Source: Nemertoderma westbladi (lineage: Eukaryota; Animalia; Xenacoelomorpha). From it: 64,000 nt of DNA. The translations under genes were made by a program, and so were the position numbers. The stretch spans positions 1 to 64,000 of the forward strand of contig JAUCBJ010008709.1 in the NCBI GenBank assembly GCA_032718475.1. Direction: 5' to 3'. The notes beneath the pieces were generated by a model that had not been told where the DNA came from, ran no database searches, and worked only from the letters and a program-made list of their open reading frames with translations. Of this stretch, positions 24,630 through 37,171 are shown in pieces. The stretch's first letter is position 1, and each line of letters starts with the position of its first letter.

Positions 24630-26700
24630 TGTTACGGTATATGGCGCTGTATCCACATATATTAGTCCGTTATACTGTACACAATATTAGTCCGTTATAC
24701 TGTACGTTATATTAGTCCGTTGTGCAGCATAATATTTTAGATAAGGCATAATAACGCAGTAGTATTTAGATAGGGAAATCGAAACACCCATATATTTGAA
24801 TTCATCCATTTTGTATAGTATGTAGCCCTACCTACGTAATTTTGTATTAGGATATATGTAGATAGTTCCAGGGTAGCAAGTTTAGTCGGACCCTGGATTT
24901 TGTGCTTGCTGATATTAGTTTGATAGGGCTAGCATATAGGGGCGCTGTCCTGGCCATTCAGCAGCCAGGGACGTGAACCATTACCATATATGGTAATAAT
25001 TCGAGGTTTGGGCAGGCGATAGGGCTACAATCCGGCCTCCTTATTGGACTAACTGCTTCCAGGTTGGTCTAATGCTAGCACGGACTGGAGAGCCAATAGG
25101 AGAGCGATTGAGTCACCCTATTGCATCACCCCATCCGGATCACCTATAAATTGGCGGTGTGCCGGTAGAGCCTTACAATCTGTCCCTGACACCTCACATG
25201 ATCTGCTATCACCTTGTACTTGCTGAGCTGTCTCTATTCAATTTTGACGGATATTTTAGCGTATTTTCTGCAATTTGCTTTTTCGATTAATCTCAAAATG
25301 ATTTGCTAGTGCGATTACTCTTGATTGTGTTTCTCAATTAATTCCTTCGATTACTGCAAATTACAACTGGAACTATGATTTCTACCTTTTGATTAATGGT
25401 TCTATGTGATTCCTTTCTGCGCAATAATCCTAAGGGATTTCTGAGACTGTCAGACTTTGTGATTTGCATGCGCCGCTACGGTAGCTATTAGCATAATGGA
25501 GGGCTAAGGCGCCAGTGGGCGGTGGGCACATCGGGGGGTTAGCGACGAAGGGAGCGGAGGATTCAAAGGCGAGCAACGCTGGCGGGGGGTCACCGTTGCG
25601 GTCGGGCAATTTGCATTGTAGCGTGGGGGCAGCTCGCTGGTACAGTAATTAGGGGGCTGATGATCCAGGTTTTGTCTCTATTTAGTATTAGGGGGGCAGG
25701 AATTGGGTTAGTTAGGAAGCCTAGATGTACCCGGGAGAGGTCTGCGTGCTTTACAATTGCGAATTGCATGTATTGCGAATTATTATATTGTGCTGTGTAA
25801 TTGCTAATTGCGTGCATTGCGGATTGTACAATTGTGAATCGCGCATTGCGAGCTGTGATTGCTGACGCTGATTGGTGTGTTACTAAAGTGTGCCTAAGAT
25901 TACGAATGCTTAGATAGGCGCTCTTTTCCCTTTGATTGATTTCTATCTCTTAGTTTACTGTAAATAATTACTGATTAGGTCAAAGTAATACAGTATTTTA
26001 GGCTGTTACATATTTGTGACTGTAATTAATTAGTAAAATTAAGAATTAGTACGCAGCATAGCGGAGAGTAGCTAAGGTAATAATTAGAGTACCGTAAACT
26101 ATTCACGCTGAGCGGTTATTTGAATTAGCGGGCAATAAGCTAGATAGCAGTATTCAGTACGCAAAACGCATTAGTAATTTGCTGGCCTAAAGCCAGCCGC
26201 AGACAAGTTTAGTCCCACTATAGGTATTAGCCCTAATAAACACTGTACCACTTTGATTATTTTAAATATTCTCGCATTCACACATTCCGTTAGGGAACCC
26301 CCAGTATTCGCGATTAGAAAAGACGTAGGCATTGGCGTACTTTAACAGTAAGATTAAGCGTAAGAATATACTCTGAGTGTAAAACCTCTCACACTCGTTT
26401 TAAGTCAGCTTAGGGAGCCGATTCGGGTTTGTTGTTTTGGTTATTCCCGCGTGGCTCATATATTCGAACAGTTAGCTCTCTATCGAGTAATTGGTAGAGA
26501 AAGGAACAAGAAATTAGCAGGAGCCGTAGAAAATTAGTAAAACATATTAGCGGACGGCAGGTTAGCGCCATCTAACGGTAAGTAGCGGTTTTGTATTTAG
26601 CAGCCCCTCACATTAGCAATAATACGCTCCTGATTGCCCTGTCTAATAAATAGAGCAGTTTTGTGTCTTTATTGGTTAGGCCGGGGTAGTTTGTTTAACA
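24630..26700 (+). repeat. BEL-1 3' LTR (2071 bp)
   Basis: Direct repeat of 10226-12296; preceded by a short purine-rich tract GGAGCGG. Confidence 0.97.
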
Positions 26701-29700
26701 GATATTATTGTACAACATATAGATATGCAGCTTGTAATATAACAAAGATATTATTGTACAACATATAGATATGCAGCTTGTAATATAACAAAGATATTAT
26801 TGTACAACATATAGATATGCAGCTTGTAATATAACAAAGATATTATTGTACAATATATAGATATGCAGCTTGTAATATAACAAAGATATTATTGTACAAC
26901 ATATAGATATGCAGCCTGTAATATATCAAAGATATTATTGTACAACATATAGATATGCAGCTTGTAATATAACAAAGATATTATTGTACAACATATAGAT
27001 ATGCAGCTTGTAATATAACAAAGATATTATTGTACAACATATAGATATGCAGCTTGTAATATAACAAAGATATTATTGTACAACATATAGATATGCAGCC
27101 TGTAATATAACAAAGATATTATTGTACAACATATAGATATGCAGCTTGTAATATAACAAAGATATTATTGTACAACATATAGATATGCAGCTTGTAATAT
27201 AACAAAGATATTATTGTACAACATATAGATATGCAGCTTGTAATATAACAAAGATATTATTGTACAACATATAGATATGCAGCTTGTAATATAACAAAGA
27301 TATTATTGTACAACATATAGATATGCAGCTTGTAATATAACAAAGATATTATTGTACAACATATAGATATGCAGCCTGTAATATATCAAAGATATTATTG
27401 TACAACATATAGATATGCAGCTTGTAATATAACAAAGATATTATTGTACAACATATAGATATGCAGCTTGTAATATAACAAAGATATTATTGTACAACAT
27501 ATAGATATGCAGCTTGTAATATAACAAAGATATTATTGTACAACATATAGATATGCAGCCTGTAATATAACAAATATATTATTGTACAACATATAGATAT
27601 GCAGCTTGTAATATAACAAAGATATTATTGTACAACATATAGATATGCAGCTTGTAATATAACAAAGATATTATTGTACAACATATAGATATGCAGCTTG
27701 TAATATAACAAAGATATTATTGTACAACATATAGATATGCAGCTTGTAATATAACAAAGATATTATTGTACAACATATAGATATGCAGCTTGTAATATAA
27801 CAAAGATATTATTGTACAACATATAGATATGCAGCTTGTAATATAACAAAGATATTATTGTACAACATATAGATATGCAGCTTGTAATATAACAAAGATA
27901 TTATTGTACAACATATAGATATGCAGCTTGTAATATAACAAAGATATTATTGTACAACATATAGATATGCAGCCTGTAATATATCAAAGATATTATTGTA
28001 CAACATATAGATATGCAGCTTGTAATATAACAAAGATATTATTGTACAACATATAGATGTGCAGCTTGTTATATAACAAAGATATTATTGTACAACATAT
28101 AGATATGCAGCTTATAATATAACAAAGATATTATTGTACAACATATAGATATGCAGCTTGTAATATATCAAAGATATTATTGTACAACATATAGATATGC
28201 AGCTTGTAATATAACAAAGATATTATTGTACAACATATAGATATGCAGCTTGTAATATAACAAAGATATTATTGTACAACATATAGATATGCAGCTTGTA
28301 ATATAACAAAGATATTATTGTACAACATATAGATATGCAGCTTGTTATATAACAAAGATATTATCGTACAACATATAGATATGCAGCTTGTAATATATCA
28401 AAGATATTATTGTACAACATATAGATATGCAGCTTGTAATATAACAAAGATATTATTGTACAACATATAGATATGCAGCTTGTAATATAACAAAGATATT
28501 ATTGTACAACATATAGATATGCAGGTTGTAATATAACAAAGATATTATTGTACAACATATAGATATGCAGCTTGTTATATAACAAAGATATTATTGTACA
28601 ACATATAGATATGCAGCTTGTAATATATCAAAGATATTATTGTACAACATATAGATATGCAGCTTGTAATATAACAAAGATATTATTGTACAACATATAG
28701 ATATGCAGCTTGTAATATAACAAAGATATTATTGTACAACATATAGATATGCAGCTTGTAATATAACAAAGATATTATTGTACAACATATAGATATGCAG
28801 CTTGTAATATAACAAAGATATTGTTGTACAACATATAGATATGCAGCTTGTAATATAACAAAGATATTATTGTACAACATATAGATATGCAGCTTGTAAT
28901 ATAACAAAGATATTATTGTACAACATATAGATATGCAGCCTGTAATATATCAAAGATATTATTGTACAACATATAGATATGCAGCTTGTAATATAACAAA
29001 GATATTATTGTACAACATATAGATATGCAGCTTGTAATATAACAAAGATATTATTGTACAACATATAGATATGCAGCTTGTAATATAACAAAGATATTAT
29101 TGTACAACATATAGATATGCAGCCTGTAATATAACAAATATATTATTGTACAACATATAGATATGCAGCTTGTAATATAACAAAGATATTATTGTACAAC
29201 ATATAGATATGCAGCTTGTAATATAACAAAGATATTATTGTACAACATATAGATATGCAGCTTGTAATATAACAAAGATATTATTGTACAACATATAGAT
29301 ATGCAGCTTGTAATATAACAAAGATATTATTGTACAACATATAGATATGCAGCTTGTAATATAACAAAGATATTATTGTACAACATATAGATATGCAGCT
29401 TGTAATATAACAAAGATATTATTGTACAACATATAGATATGCAGCTTGTAATATAACAAAGATATTATTGTACAACATATAGATATGCAGCTTGTAATAT
29501 AACAAAGATATTATTGTACAACATATAGATATGCAGCCTGTAATATATCAAAGATATTATTGTACAACATATAGATATGCAGCTTGTAATATAACAAAGA
29601 TATTATTGTACAACATATAGATGTGCAGCTTGTTATATAACAAAGATATTATTGTACAACATATAGATATGCAGCTTATAATATAACAAAGATATTATTG

Positions 29701-30766
29701 TACAACATATAGATATGCAGCTTGTAATATATCAAAGATATTATTGTTCAACATATAGATATGCAGCTTGTAATATAACAAAGATATTATTGTACAACAT
29801 ATAGATATGCAGCTTGTAATATAACAAAGATATTATTTTACAACATATAGATATGCAGCTTGTAATATAACAAAGATATTATTGTACAACATATAGATAT
29901 GCAGCTTGTTATATAACAAAGATATTATCGTACAACATATAGATATGCAGCTTGTAATATATCAAAGATATTATTGTACAACATATAGATATGCAGCTTG
30001 TAATATAACAAAGATATTATTGTACAACATATAGATATGCAGCTTGTAATATAACAAAGATATTATTGTACAACATATAGATATGCAGGTTGTAATATAA
30101 CAAAGATATTATTGTACAACATATAGATATGCAGCTTGTTATATAACAAAGATATTATTGTACAACATATAGATATGCAGCTTGTAATATATCAAAGATA
30201 TTATTGTACAACATATAGATATGCAGCTTGTAATATAACAAAGATATTATTGTACAACATATAGATATGCAGCTTGTAATATAACAAAGATATTATTGTA
30301 CAACATATAGATATGCAGCTTGTAATATAACAAAGATATTATTGTACAACATATAGATATGTAGCTTGTAATATATCAAAGATATTATTGTAAAACATAT
30401 AGATATGCAGCTTGTTATATAAGAAAGATATTATTGTACAACATATAGATATGCAGCTTATAATATAACAAAGATATTATTGTACAACATATAGATATGC
30501 AGCTTGTAATATAACAAAGATATTATTGTACAACATATAGATATGCAGCTTGTTATATAACAAAGATATTATTGTACAACATATAGATATGCAGCTTGTA
30601 ATATAACAAAGATATTATTGTACAACATATAGATATGCATCATTTAATATAACAAAGATATTATTGTACAACATATAGATATGCAGCTTGTAATATAACA
30701 TAGATATTATTGTACAACATATAGATATGCAGCTTATAATATAACAAAGATATTATTGTACAACAT
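26701..30766. repeat. 46-bp satellite array, block 2 (about 88 monomers)
   Basis: Same monomer and orientation as block 1; phase continuous across the BEL-1 TSD. Confidence 0.98.
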
Positions 30767-32278
30767 TGTTCGCGGTATTTCAACTTTTCATAACGCGAGT
30801 TGAATATTTTTTGTATTTATTTAAAATGTTTATTCCGATATCACTACTGGGTGCGGGACCATGGGTTTTGGGCACATTCTATGGACTGGGGGCGATTTAT
30901 GGGCGAATATTGGGGCGACTTACAGGGTACGGGAATAATTTCATGTTTATAAGGGCCAGGGGTGGGAGGCAAAGTTAAGCAGTATTCAGGTTAGCCTGAG
31001 TACTATTAGGCCCTGGCCAACTTCCTGCTGCCTGTAGAGTCGGGTTTGGTAACGCGCCAGGCCTAAAGGACAAGGACTGCCCTTAGCAGTCCCTGGCCAA
31101 CAGCAGTTATTACGAGCCTGAAAGCGGAACGCCAGCTGCTTGTGTCAGGGACTTGCGACGGGAAATGACACGACAGACCCCTAGCCAAGCCGTACTGGTT
31201 CTCGATGATTGTTCCCTTCGGGGTTCGTGAGGGGTGGGACGGACACGCGAAAGGGTCTACCGACTAACAGAGGAAGGGTTTGACGAGGGTTGCCCTTAGC
31301 GGTCTCTGGTCAACAGCAGTTATTACGAGCCTGAAAAGGACATCGGAACGCCGGCTGCTTGTACCAGGGATTTGCAACGGGAACCGATGACAGACCCCTT
31401 AGCCAAGCCGTACTGGTTCTCGATGATCGTTCCCTTCGGGGTTCGTGAGGGGTGGGACGGACACGCGACGGGGTCGAAAGACAAAGGACTGGACTCTACT
31501 GGCCTACCGACTGTTCGGAGCAGTTTCTCGGCTGCCGAAGCAACTACGAGCCTGAATAAGGACTCGGAAAGCCTAGGTGGTTGGGTCTCTGCGATGAACC
31601 GATGGACCCCTAGCCAAGCCGTACTGGTTCTCGATGATCGAACCCTTCGGGGTTCGGGAGGGGTGGGACGGACACGCGAACGGGTCCACCGACACGACAG
31701 ACTCCTAGCCAAGCCGTACTGGTTCTCGATGACCGATCCCTTCGGGGTTCGAGAGGGGTGGTACGGATACGCGACAGAGTCTACCGACTGGACCGACCCT
31801 TAGCCAAGCCGTGCTGGTTCTCGATGATCGATCCCTTCGGGGTTCGGGAGGGGTGGAACGGACACGCGACAGGGTCGACCGACACCGACACTACGGCATC
31901 AAGACTAGGACCGAGGGAAAATCTGGGGAACATTAGTTAGGCTAAAATCTGAGCGAACAGTGGGTAATTAAATAATATACTGTAGGGATTTATATTGTCG
32001 TGTATAATTATTGTGAATATTTGGTGTATATTGATTTGGGGAAGCCCAATTAATTCTCAATCAAGGTTCAGTGAGATTAGCTCAAGGTTCAACTGTAGGG
32101 AAGTTACATTAAAGCGTATATCCAACCAATGCAGCTTTTTCTCAACCGCAATCTTGCATCTAAGAAATTACTCCTTCTCCACAATCAATATCCGGTGACT
32201 GGCCGGGACACCGTGGTCTGTAAAGCCCCGCCTCCAGCATCGGCGTTTTTCCCCCCTGGTGTCGGGATAACGGCAACA
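30767..32278 (+). repeat. BEL-2 5' LTR (1512 bp) containing five structured repeats of about 80 bp
   Basis: Direct repeat of 46907-48424, roughly 98% identical by eye. Confidence 0.96.
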
Positions 32279-32561
32279 AAATTGAGAATTAAAGGGTCAA
32301 TTTTGACAGGGTGTCAAAATTGAGAATTAACGGTCAATTTGACAGGGTGTCAAAATTGAGAATAAAATCGCGGCCAACTTCAACTGGTGGAAGTTGGGAA
32401 TCCTACAATACTCATCAAACTCTCTCCGTGCTTACCAGCACCCACTACGAGGAAACTCTGGTATTTGAGTTAAGACAAAGTCGTGGTCTAATAAATCAAC
32501 AAACTCGATCTAACCAACTCGTAGTCGGCAGATCACACATTTGGAGAGTTATTAACAGGGA

Positions 32562-32753
32562 ATGGAAGTATCGATCACACCCATTGATATAATCCAAGTT
32601 GAGCCAGGAATCTGGCACGTCGAGGTTGAAGTACAAGGAACGAACGTCGGACAATTCAGGATTACCGTTCGGGTGGTCCAAGCTGAGTACAATACTTACG
32701 AGGAACTATTTTACGACATCGCACATCTAGCTATCAACGAGGCGCTACAATGA
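32562..32753 (+). CDS. Small upstream ORF of BEL-2 (possibly the 3' half of a frameshifted ORF starting near 32400), stop overlapping the gag ATG
   Basis: Protein-like 63-aa sequence; ATGA stop/start overlap at 32750-32753. Confidence 0.4.
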   Translation: MEVSITPIDIIQVEPGIWHVEVEVQGTNVGQFRITVRVVQAEYNTYEELFYDIAHLAINEALQ

Positions 32754-35700
32754 CAACGAATAACGTATCCGATACCGATGAGATGGACCACCACACAGAT
32801 TCGGAAGCCGACGAGGTACCAAACGTCAAGAACATGGCCCGTCGACTAGGTGCTCTCAAAGGCGGAGTCACTCGAGCGTATCAACGTATAGAGAAGCAAC
32901 TCAAAGGAGTCGAAACCCCCCTCAACGAGATACAAACTCAGCTTCAGAGTATCCGAAGTATCTTACAACGATACGAGGGAATGATACAGGCGTACCAAGA
33001 ACTCATCCTTGCCACTGACCAGGTAAACTACCCCAAATTGGAAGAACACGTTGCATGCCTAGACGAATTCTGCAAACAACACCGGAGGACCCTCAGCCTC
33101 GTGAGAGGCTATGAAGAACAATACTACAAGAGAGCTGAAAGAACAGATGCAGAATCGGTGCGAACCTCCAGCACCAGGACAGCAGTACATCGAAAGAGAA
33201 CGGGGTCCTCTAGAAATCAGCACTCCAGCGCTAGGAGCACGGTGTCCGGTTCAGCACACAGCTCTCAAAGGGGTCAGTCACTCCGAGACCAGCTACGAGA
33301 ACAGAAGGCATTAGCCCTCAAAGCTCGGATGGAAGATGAGTACGTTCAACTGCGAACTGAGCAAGATATATTCGCCGCCGAAATGCAAAAATGGGAGGCC
33401 GAACAAGAGGTCAAACGGCGGGCCGAGCAACATAGACAGGAGGCTGAACAACGTGAACGAGAGGCCAAACAGGAGGCCGAACGATGTAGACGGGAGGCTG
33501 AACAACGGGCCGAACAACATAGACAGGAGGTCGAACAACATAGACGGGAGGCTGAACGACGTGAACGAGAGGCCAAACAGGAGGCCGAACAACATAGACA
33601 GGAGGCCGAACGACGTGAACGAGAGGCCAAACAGAAAGCTGAACAACGTGAACGAGAGGCCAGACAAGAGATCGAACAACGTAAATGGGAAGCAGAAATG
33701 CGTAAACAACACGCCGAGGCCCAAGCGATTCTCACCCACAAAAAGAATGCGGATATTGCGAAACTCGCGGAATACGAAGCCGCGCTTATAGAACAAGATA
33801 TTCAACTATACGAGGACTGGGAAAGGGATATAGATCAGGAATATGAACCAATCCCGGTACCGGAATTAGAGAAGTCATTTACACCAACAGCGGCGAAACT
33901 TCCGAAACCCGAGATCCCGCCTACCATACAGTCTATGTTATCGGCACAAGCACCGGTGTTCCATCTCCCACCGGTTACGCTTAAAAATGAGGAACTGTAT
34001 TTCCCATCCAACCCCACAGCAACGAGTGTACCCAAGTACGAGCCTGAAAGGGACTCGGAACGGGATGCCACTCCTCGATCCAACAACCCGTTTACATCCA
34101 CACCACAAACCCGTAGTCGCGTCATCATTAAGACTCCACCTATCATTGATCCATCAAGTATGGGAGAGAGTGCCAATAACTATAACCCTCCGAGTCACTC
34201 CAGTTCAGACGACGTCGGCATTATCCGGGCATTGGAAAACCGCCTTGCCATGCCCAAGGTGGAGATCCGCACCTTCGAAGGAGATCCCGTCGATTACCTC
34301 AGATTCAAGAAACGGTTCTCTGCGCAGATTGGTTCAACGGACATAGCCGACGCACAGAAACTGGTATATTTATCGCAATACCTGGGTGACAAACTACGCC
34401 GAATCATTGCTTGTTTTGAGGGAGGTTCTCATGAAGCATACTACGACGCATGGAAAACTCTAGACAAAAGATACGGAAATACCGGGACTATAATTAATAA
34501 AACTCTAGAGAAACTGATACAAGACGCGGGATCCCTAGGGGACCCACAGAACGTCCAGGAATTCTCAGATTCCATGAAGGATGCCTACTACACTCTAAAG
34601 CCCTTAAATAAGGAGGACCAGGTGAACAACATTCTAAACCTCCGACAGATCGCCCAAAAGTTCCCCGGATGGCTGCAAAGTAAGTGGGCCTATAAATGCG
34701 TAGATCTCCGGCGCAGACACCCAGATCGAGATCCCAGCTTCCTTGAAATGTCAGCATTCCTGGACGATATCTCCGAAGCCATGAATGACTCGATGTTCTC
34801 GAAACAGAGTCTCGCCAAGTTGGACGGAATAGAGAGCAACTCCAGGAGTAAGACACCCACTCAGAAACCGAGATTCCGCCCTCCTCCGGTGAGTACGATG
34901 GCCATCACCATGGCCGAGGATTCCGACGACGAAGACTACGAGGAACCGACATCAGCCGAGGAATGGGCGTGTTATCTCGCGAATTGGGCACCCGAGAGGG
35001 AAGGCATCACAAACTCCCTTCTCTGTCTCTATTGTGGAGAGAAACATAAAGTTGAATTCTGCAGGAAGTTCCAGTTTGCCGAACTCGTCCCACGCTTCGA
35101 GGCGATTATGAAACACCGAGGATGCTTCCGGTGTCTGGGAACAGGTCACTACATTTGGGATTGCGACCAAAGGTCGTGTTGTGCGGTTTGTAACGACCTA
35201 CGTCATCACACGCTCCTCCACATCCCCGCGAACTTCGACTTCACCACCCTCCCCTTTTGGATTGAAGCCAAGCGAAGAGGAGAAACGAACCACGTTTCTA
35301 AAGGAACCCGGACAACCCAACGGAGAGAAACCAACCCGTTTAAAATCGCCACTAACGCATCACCAGTGACAAATATCTCAGCCACGATTAACCTTATAAA
35401 TCGCCGTTACATGGTCTTCGCCAAAGTAATCCCAGTAAGAATTCAAGGGGTCGGCAAATCCTTGACAACGCTCGCGTTCCTTGACAACGGGTCGGACGGA
35501 ACCATCATCGACCGGGATTTCCTCGAGCAACTCGGCCTAGACTATGAGCCTTGCAAACGGCCCATACAAACTATCACCGACCACAGAGAGGTAGAATCCG
35601 GGGAAGTGCAACTCCAGATGGAAGGGGTAATGAAGGGCTACGAGACGGTTAAGCTGACCATCAAGAACGCCTTAGTACACACAGACCTCCGAGTGCGGTT

Positions 35701-37171
35701 CCGACAATCAGCCGAGTACGCCCCCCTCATACAGCTGGACCGAGACGACGTGGATCTAAGGTGCCCGCCGTTGGATGTAAACCGCATCACCCTACTGATC
35801 GGACTCGATACACCGGAACTACACATACCCACCGGAGACGTCGCCCGATCTATAAAGCAGGATGACGGCTTTTACGCTGAACGAACAATAATGGGATGGA
35901 CACTCTGCGGCATCAAGGAAGAGACTACCGACACCTATACATACCTTCCTAAATGTCAGATTAAAGAAAATGCAACATCCGTGGGTTATTGCTCAGCTAC
36001 AGACCTTGATGAGGATTTATTTCTTGAGACCGAAAAAACCCAGCAAGAGATGACTAAATACTTTAATCTAGAGACCCAAGAGTTCGCTGAAAAGGACGAA
36101 AACCCGTCCGAGGAGGATCAATATTGTATGGATGTCCTGGACCAGGCCACGTTCAACGACGGACACTGGTGTTCACCCATGTTATGGAAGGACCCAAACA
36201 AACCAATGGCAAACAACGCCAACATGGCCCTTAGGCGACTTAAGGGGATTCTCCGCCGGCTGAATGACCAACCCGAGATAAAGGAGAAATATAATACCGT
36301 AATCCAAGGATATCTCGACGATGGATTAGCAGAAATGGTACCACGGAATGAACTGCAAGGGGGTAAAAGAACATATTATCTTCCAACCCACTACGTGGTA
36401 GAAGCCCGGAAGGGTGGTAAAATCCGAGTAGTTAACGATGCCGCTGCTATGTATCAAGGCGAATCCCTGAATAGTCAGCTTTATACGGGGCCCAACATAT
36501 ATAGTACACTTATCGGCGTATTGATCAGGTTCAGGGAAAACCGGATAGCATTCACCTGCGACATCAAAGCCATGTTTCACCAGGTTCGTACGCTACCAAG
36601 AGACTCAGATTGTCTACGTATCCTATGGACGGATAAAATACTAACTCAACAGGAGATTAGTCAACTTACAATGAAGGATGTAGACGTAATGCGTATGATC
36701 GTCAGGATCTTCGGCGCTAAGGACTCGCCGGTAGCATGTAGTGACATGCTGAAGAAGACGGCAACCATGTGCGAAAACGAGTTCCCTCCTACCGTCATAG
36801 AAACCATCCGACGATGCTTCTACGTGGATGACGGATGCGCCGGCGCAGATAATGTGGACGAGGCATATCGGCTAGCAATGGGGATGGTAGAATGTTTAAA
36901 GAAAGGAGGTTTCCCGCTCGTGAAGTTCAGATCCCACGACAAGAAACTTATGGAAAAGTTTCCGGAGGACATCCGACTGGACAACAACAAAATGTACTCG
37001 GAGGATGTGGAACACCGTGTACTCGGTATTGAATGGGACATAGAATCAGACGAATTCATTTTCAAATATAAACCCCTACCCAAGCCTATGACGAAAAGGG
37101 GATGTTTGTCGATAAAAAGCGCAATCTTTGACCCACTAAATTTCATATCTCCGGTAACCTTGGCCGAATGA
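32750..37171 (+). CDS. BEL-2 Gag-protease-RT (N-terminal part of a frameshifted polyprotein)
   Basis: 1473 aa; FEGDPVDYLRF Gag motif, three Cys/His knuckles, FLDNGSDGT protease, DIKAMFHQV and FYVDDG RT motifs. Confidence 0.93.
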   Translation: MTTNNVSDTDEMDHHTDSEADEVPNVKNMARRLGALKGGVTRAYQRIEKQLKGVETPLNEIQTQLQSIRSILQRYEGMIQAYQELILATDQVNYPKLEEHVACLDEFCKQHRRTLSLVRGYEEQYYKRAERTDAESVRTSSTRTAVHRKRTGSSRNQHSSARSTVSGSAHSSQRGQSLRDQLREQKALALKARMEDEYVQLRTEQDIFAAEMQKWEAEQEVKRRAEQHRQEAEQREREAKQEAERCRREAEQRAEQHRQEVEQHRREAERREREAKQEAEQHRQEAERREREAKQKAEQREREARQEIEQRKWEAEMRKQHAEAQAILTHKKNADIAKLAEYEAALIEQDIQLYEDWERDIDQEYEPIPVPELEKSFTPTAAKLPKPEIPPTIQSMLSAQAPVFHLPPVTLKNEELYFPSNPTATSVPKYEPERDSERDATPRSNNPFTSTPQTRSRVIIKTPPIIDPSSMGESANNYNPPSHSSSDDVGIIRALENRLAMPKVEIRTFEGDPVDYLRFKKRFSAQIGSTDIADAQKLVYLSQYLGDKLRRIIACFEGGSHEAYYDAWKTLDKRYGNTGTIINKTLEKLIQDAGSLGDPQNVQEFSDSMKDAYYTLKPLNKEDQVNNILNLRQIAQKFPGWLQSKWAYKCVDLRRRHPDRDPSFLEMSAFLDDISEAMNDSMFSKQSLAKLDGIESNSRSKTPTQKPRFRPPPVSTMAITMAEDSDDEDYEEPTSAEEWACYLANWAPEREGITNSLLCLYCGEKHKVEFCRKFQFAELVPRFEAIMKHRGCFRCLGTGHYIWDCDQRSCCAVCNDLRHHTLLHIPANFDFTTLPFWIEAKRRGETNHVSKGTRTTQRRETNPFKIATNASPVTNISATINLINRRYMVFAKVIPVRIQGVGKSLTTLAFLDNGSDGTIIDRDFLEQLGLDYEPCKRPIQTITDHREVESGEVQLQMEGVMKGYETVKLTIKNALVHTDLRVRFRQSAEYAPLIQLDRDDVDLRCPPLDVNRITLLIGLDTPELHIPTGDVARSIKQDDGFYAERTIMGWTLCGIKEETTDTYTYLPKCQIKENATSVGYCSATDLDEDLFLETEKTQQEMTKYFNLETQEFAEKDENPSEEDQYCMDVLDQATFNDGHWCSPMLWKDPNKPMANNANMALRRLKGILRRLNDQPEIKEKYNTVIQGYLDDGLAEMVPRNELQGGKRTYYLPTHYVVEARKGGKIRVVNDAAAMYQGESLNSQLYTGPNIYSTLIGVLIRFRENRIAFTCDIKAMFHQVRTLPRDSDCLRILWTDKILTQQEISQLTMKDVDVMRMIVRIFGAKDSPVACSDMLKKTATMCENEFPPTVIETIRRCFYVDDGCAGADNVDEAYRLAMGMVECLKKGGFPLVKFRSHDKKLMEKFPEDIRLDNNKMYSEDVEHRVLGIEWDIESDEFIFKYKPLPKPMTKRGCLSIKSAIFDPLNFISPVTLAE

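Larger units (their letters stand above)
10226..26700 (+). mobile_element. Full-length BEL/Pao LTR retrotransposon (BEL-1), 16.5 kb
   Basis: 2071-bp TG...CA LTRs; 5-bp TSD GATAT (10221-10225 and 26701-26705); single gag-pol ORF with BEL-type domains. Confidence 0.97.

Noticed and set aside
31323-31940. ORFs with repeated LAKPYWFSM peptides in the BEL-2 LTRs
   Set aside because: By-product of the 80-bp repeats, which fall in different frames
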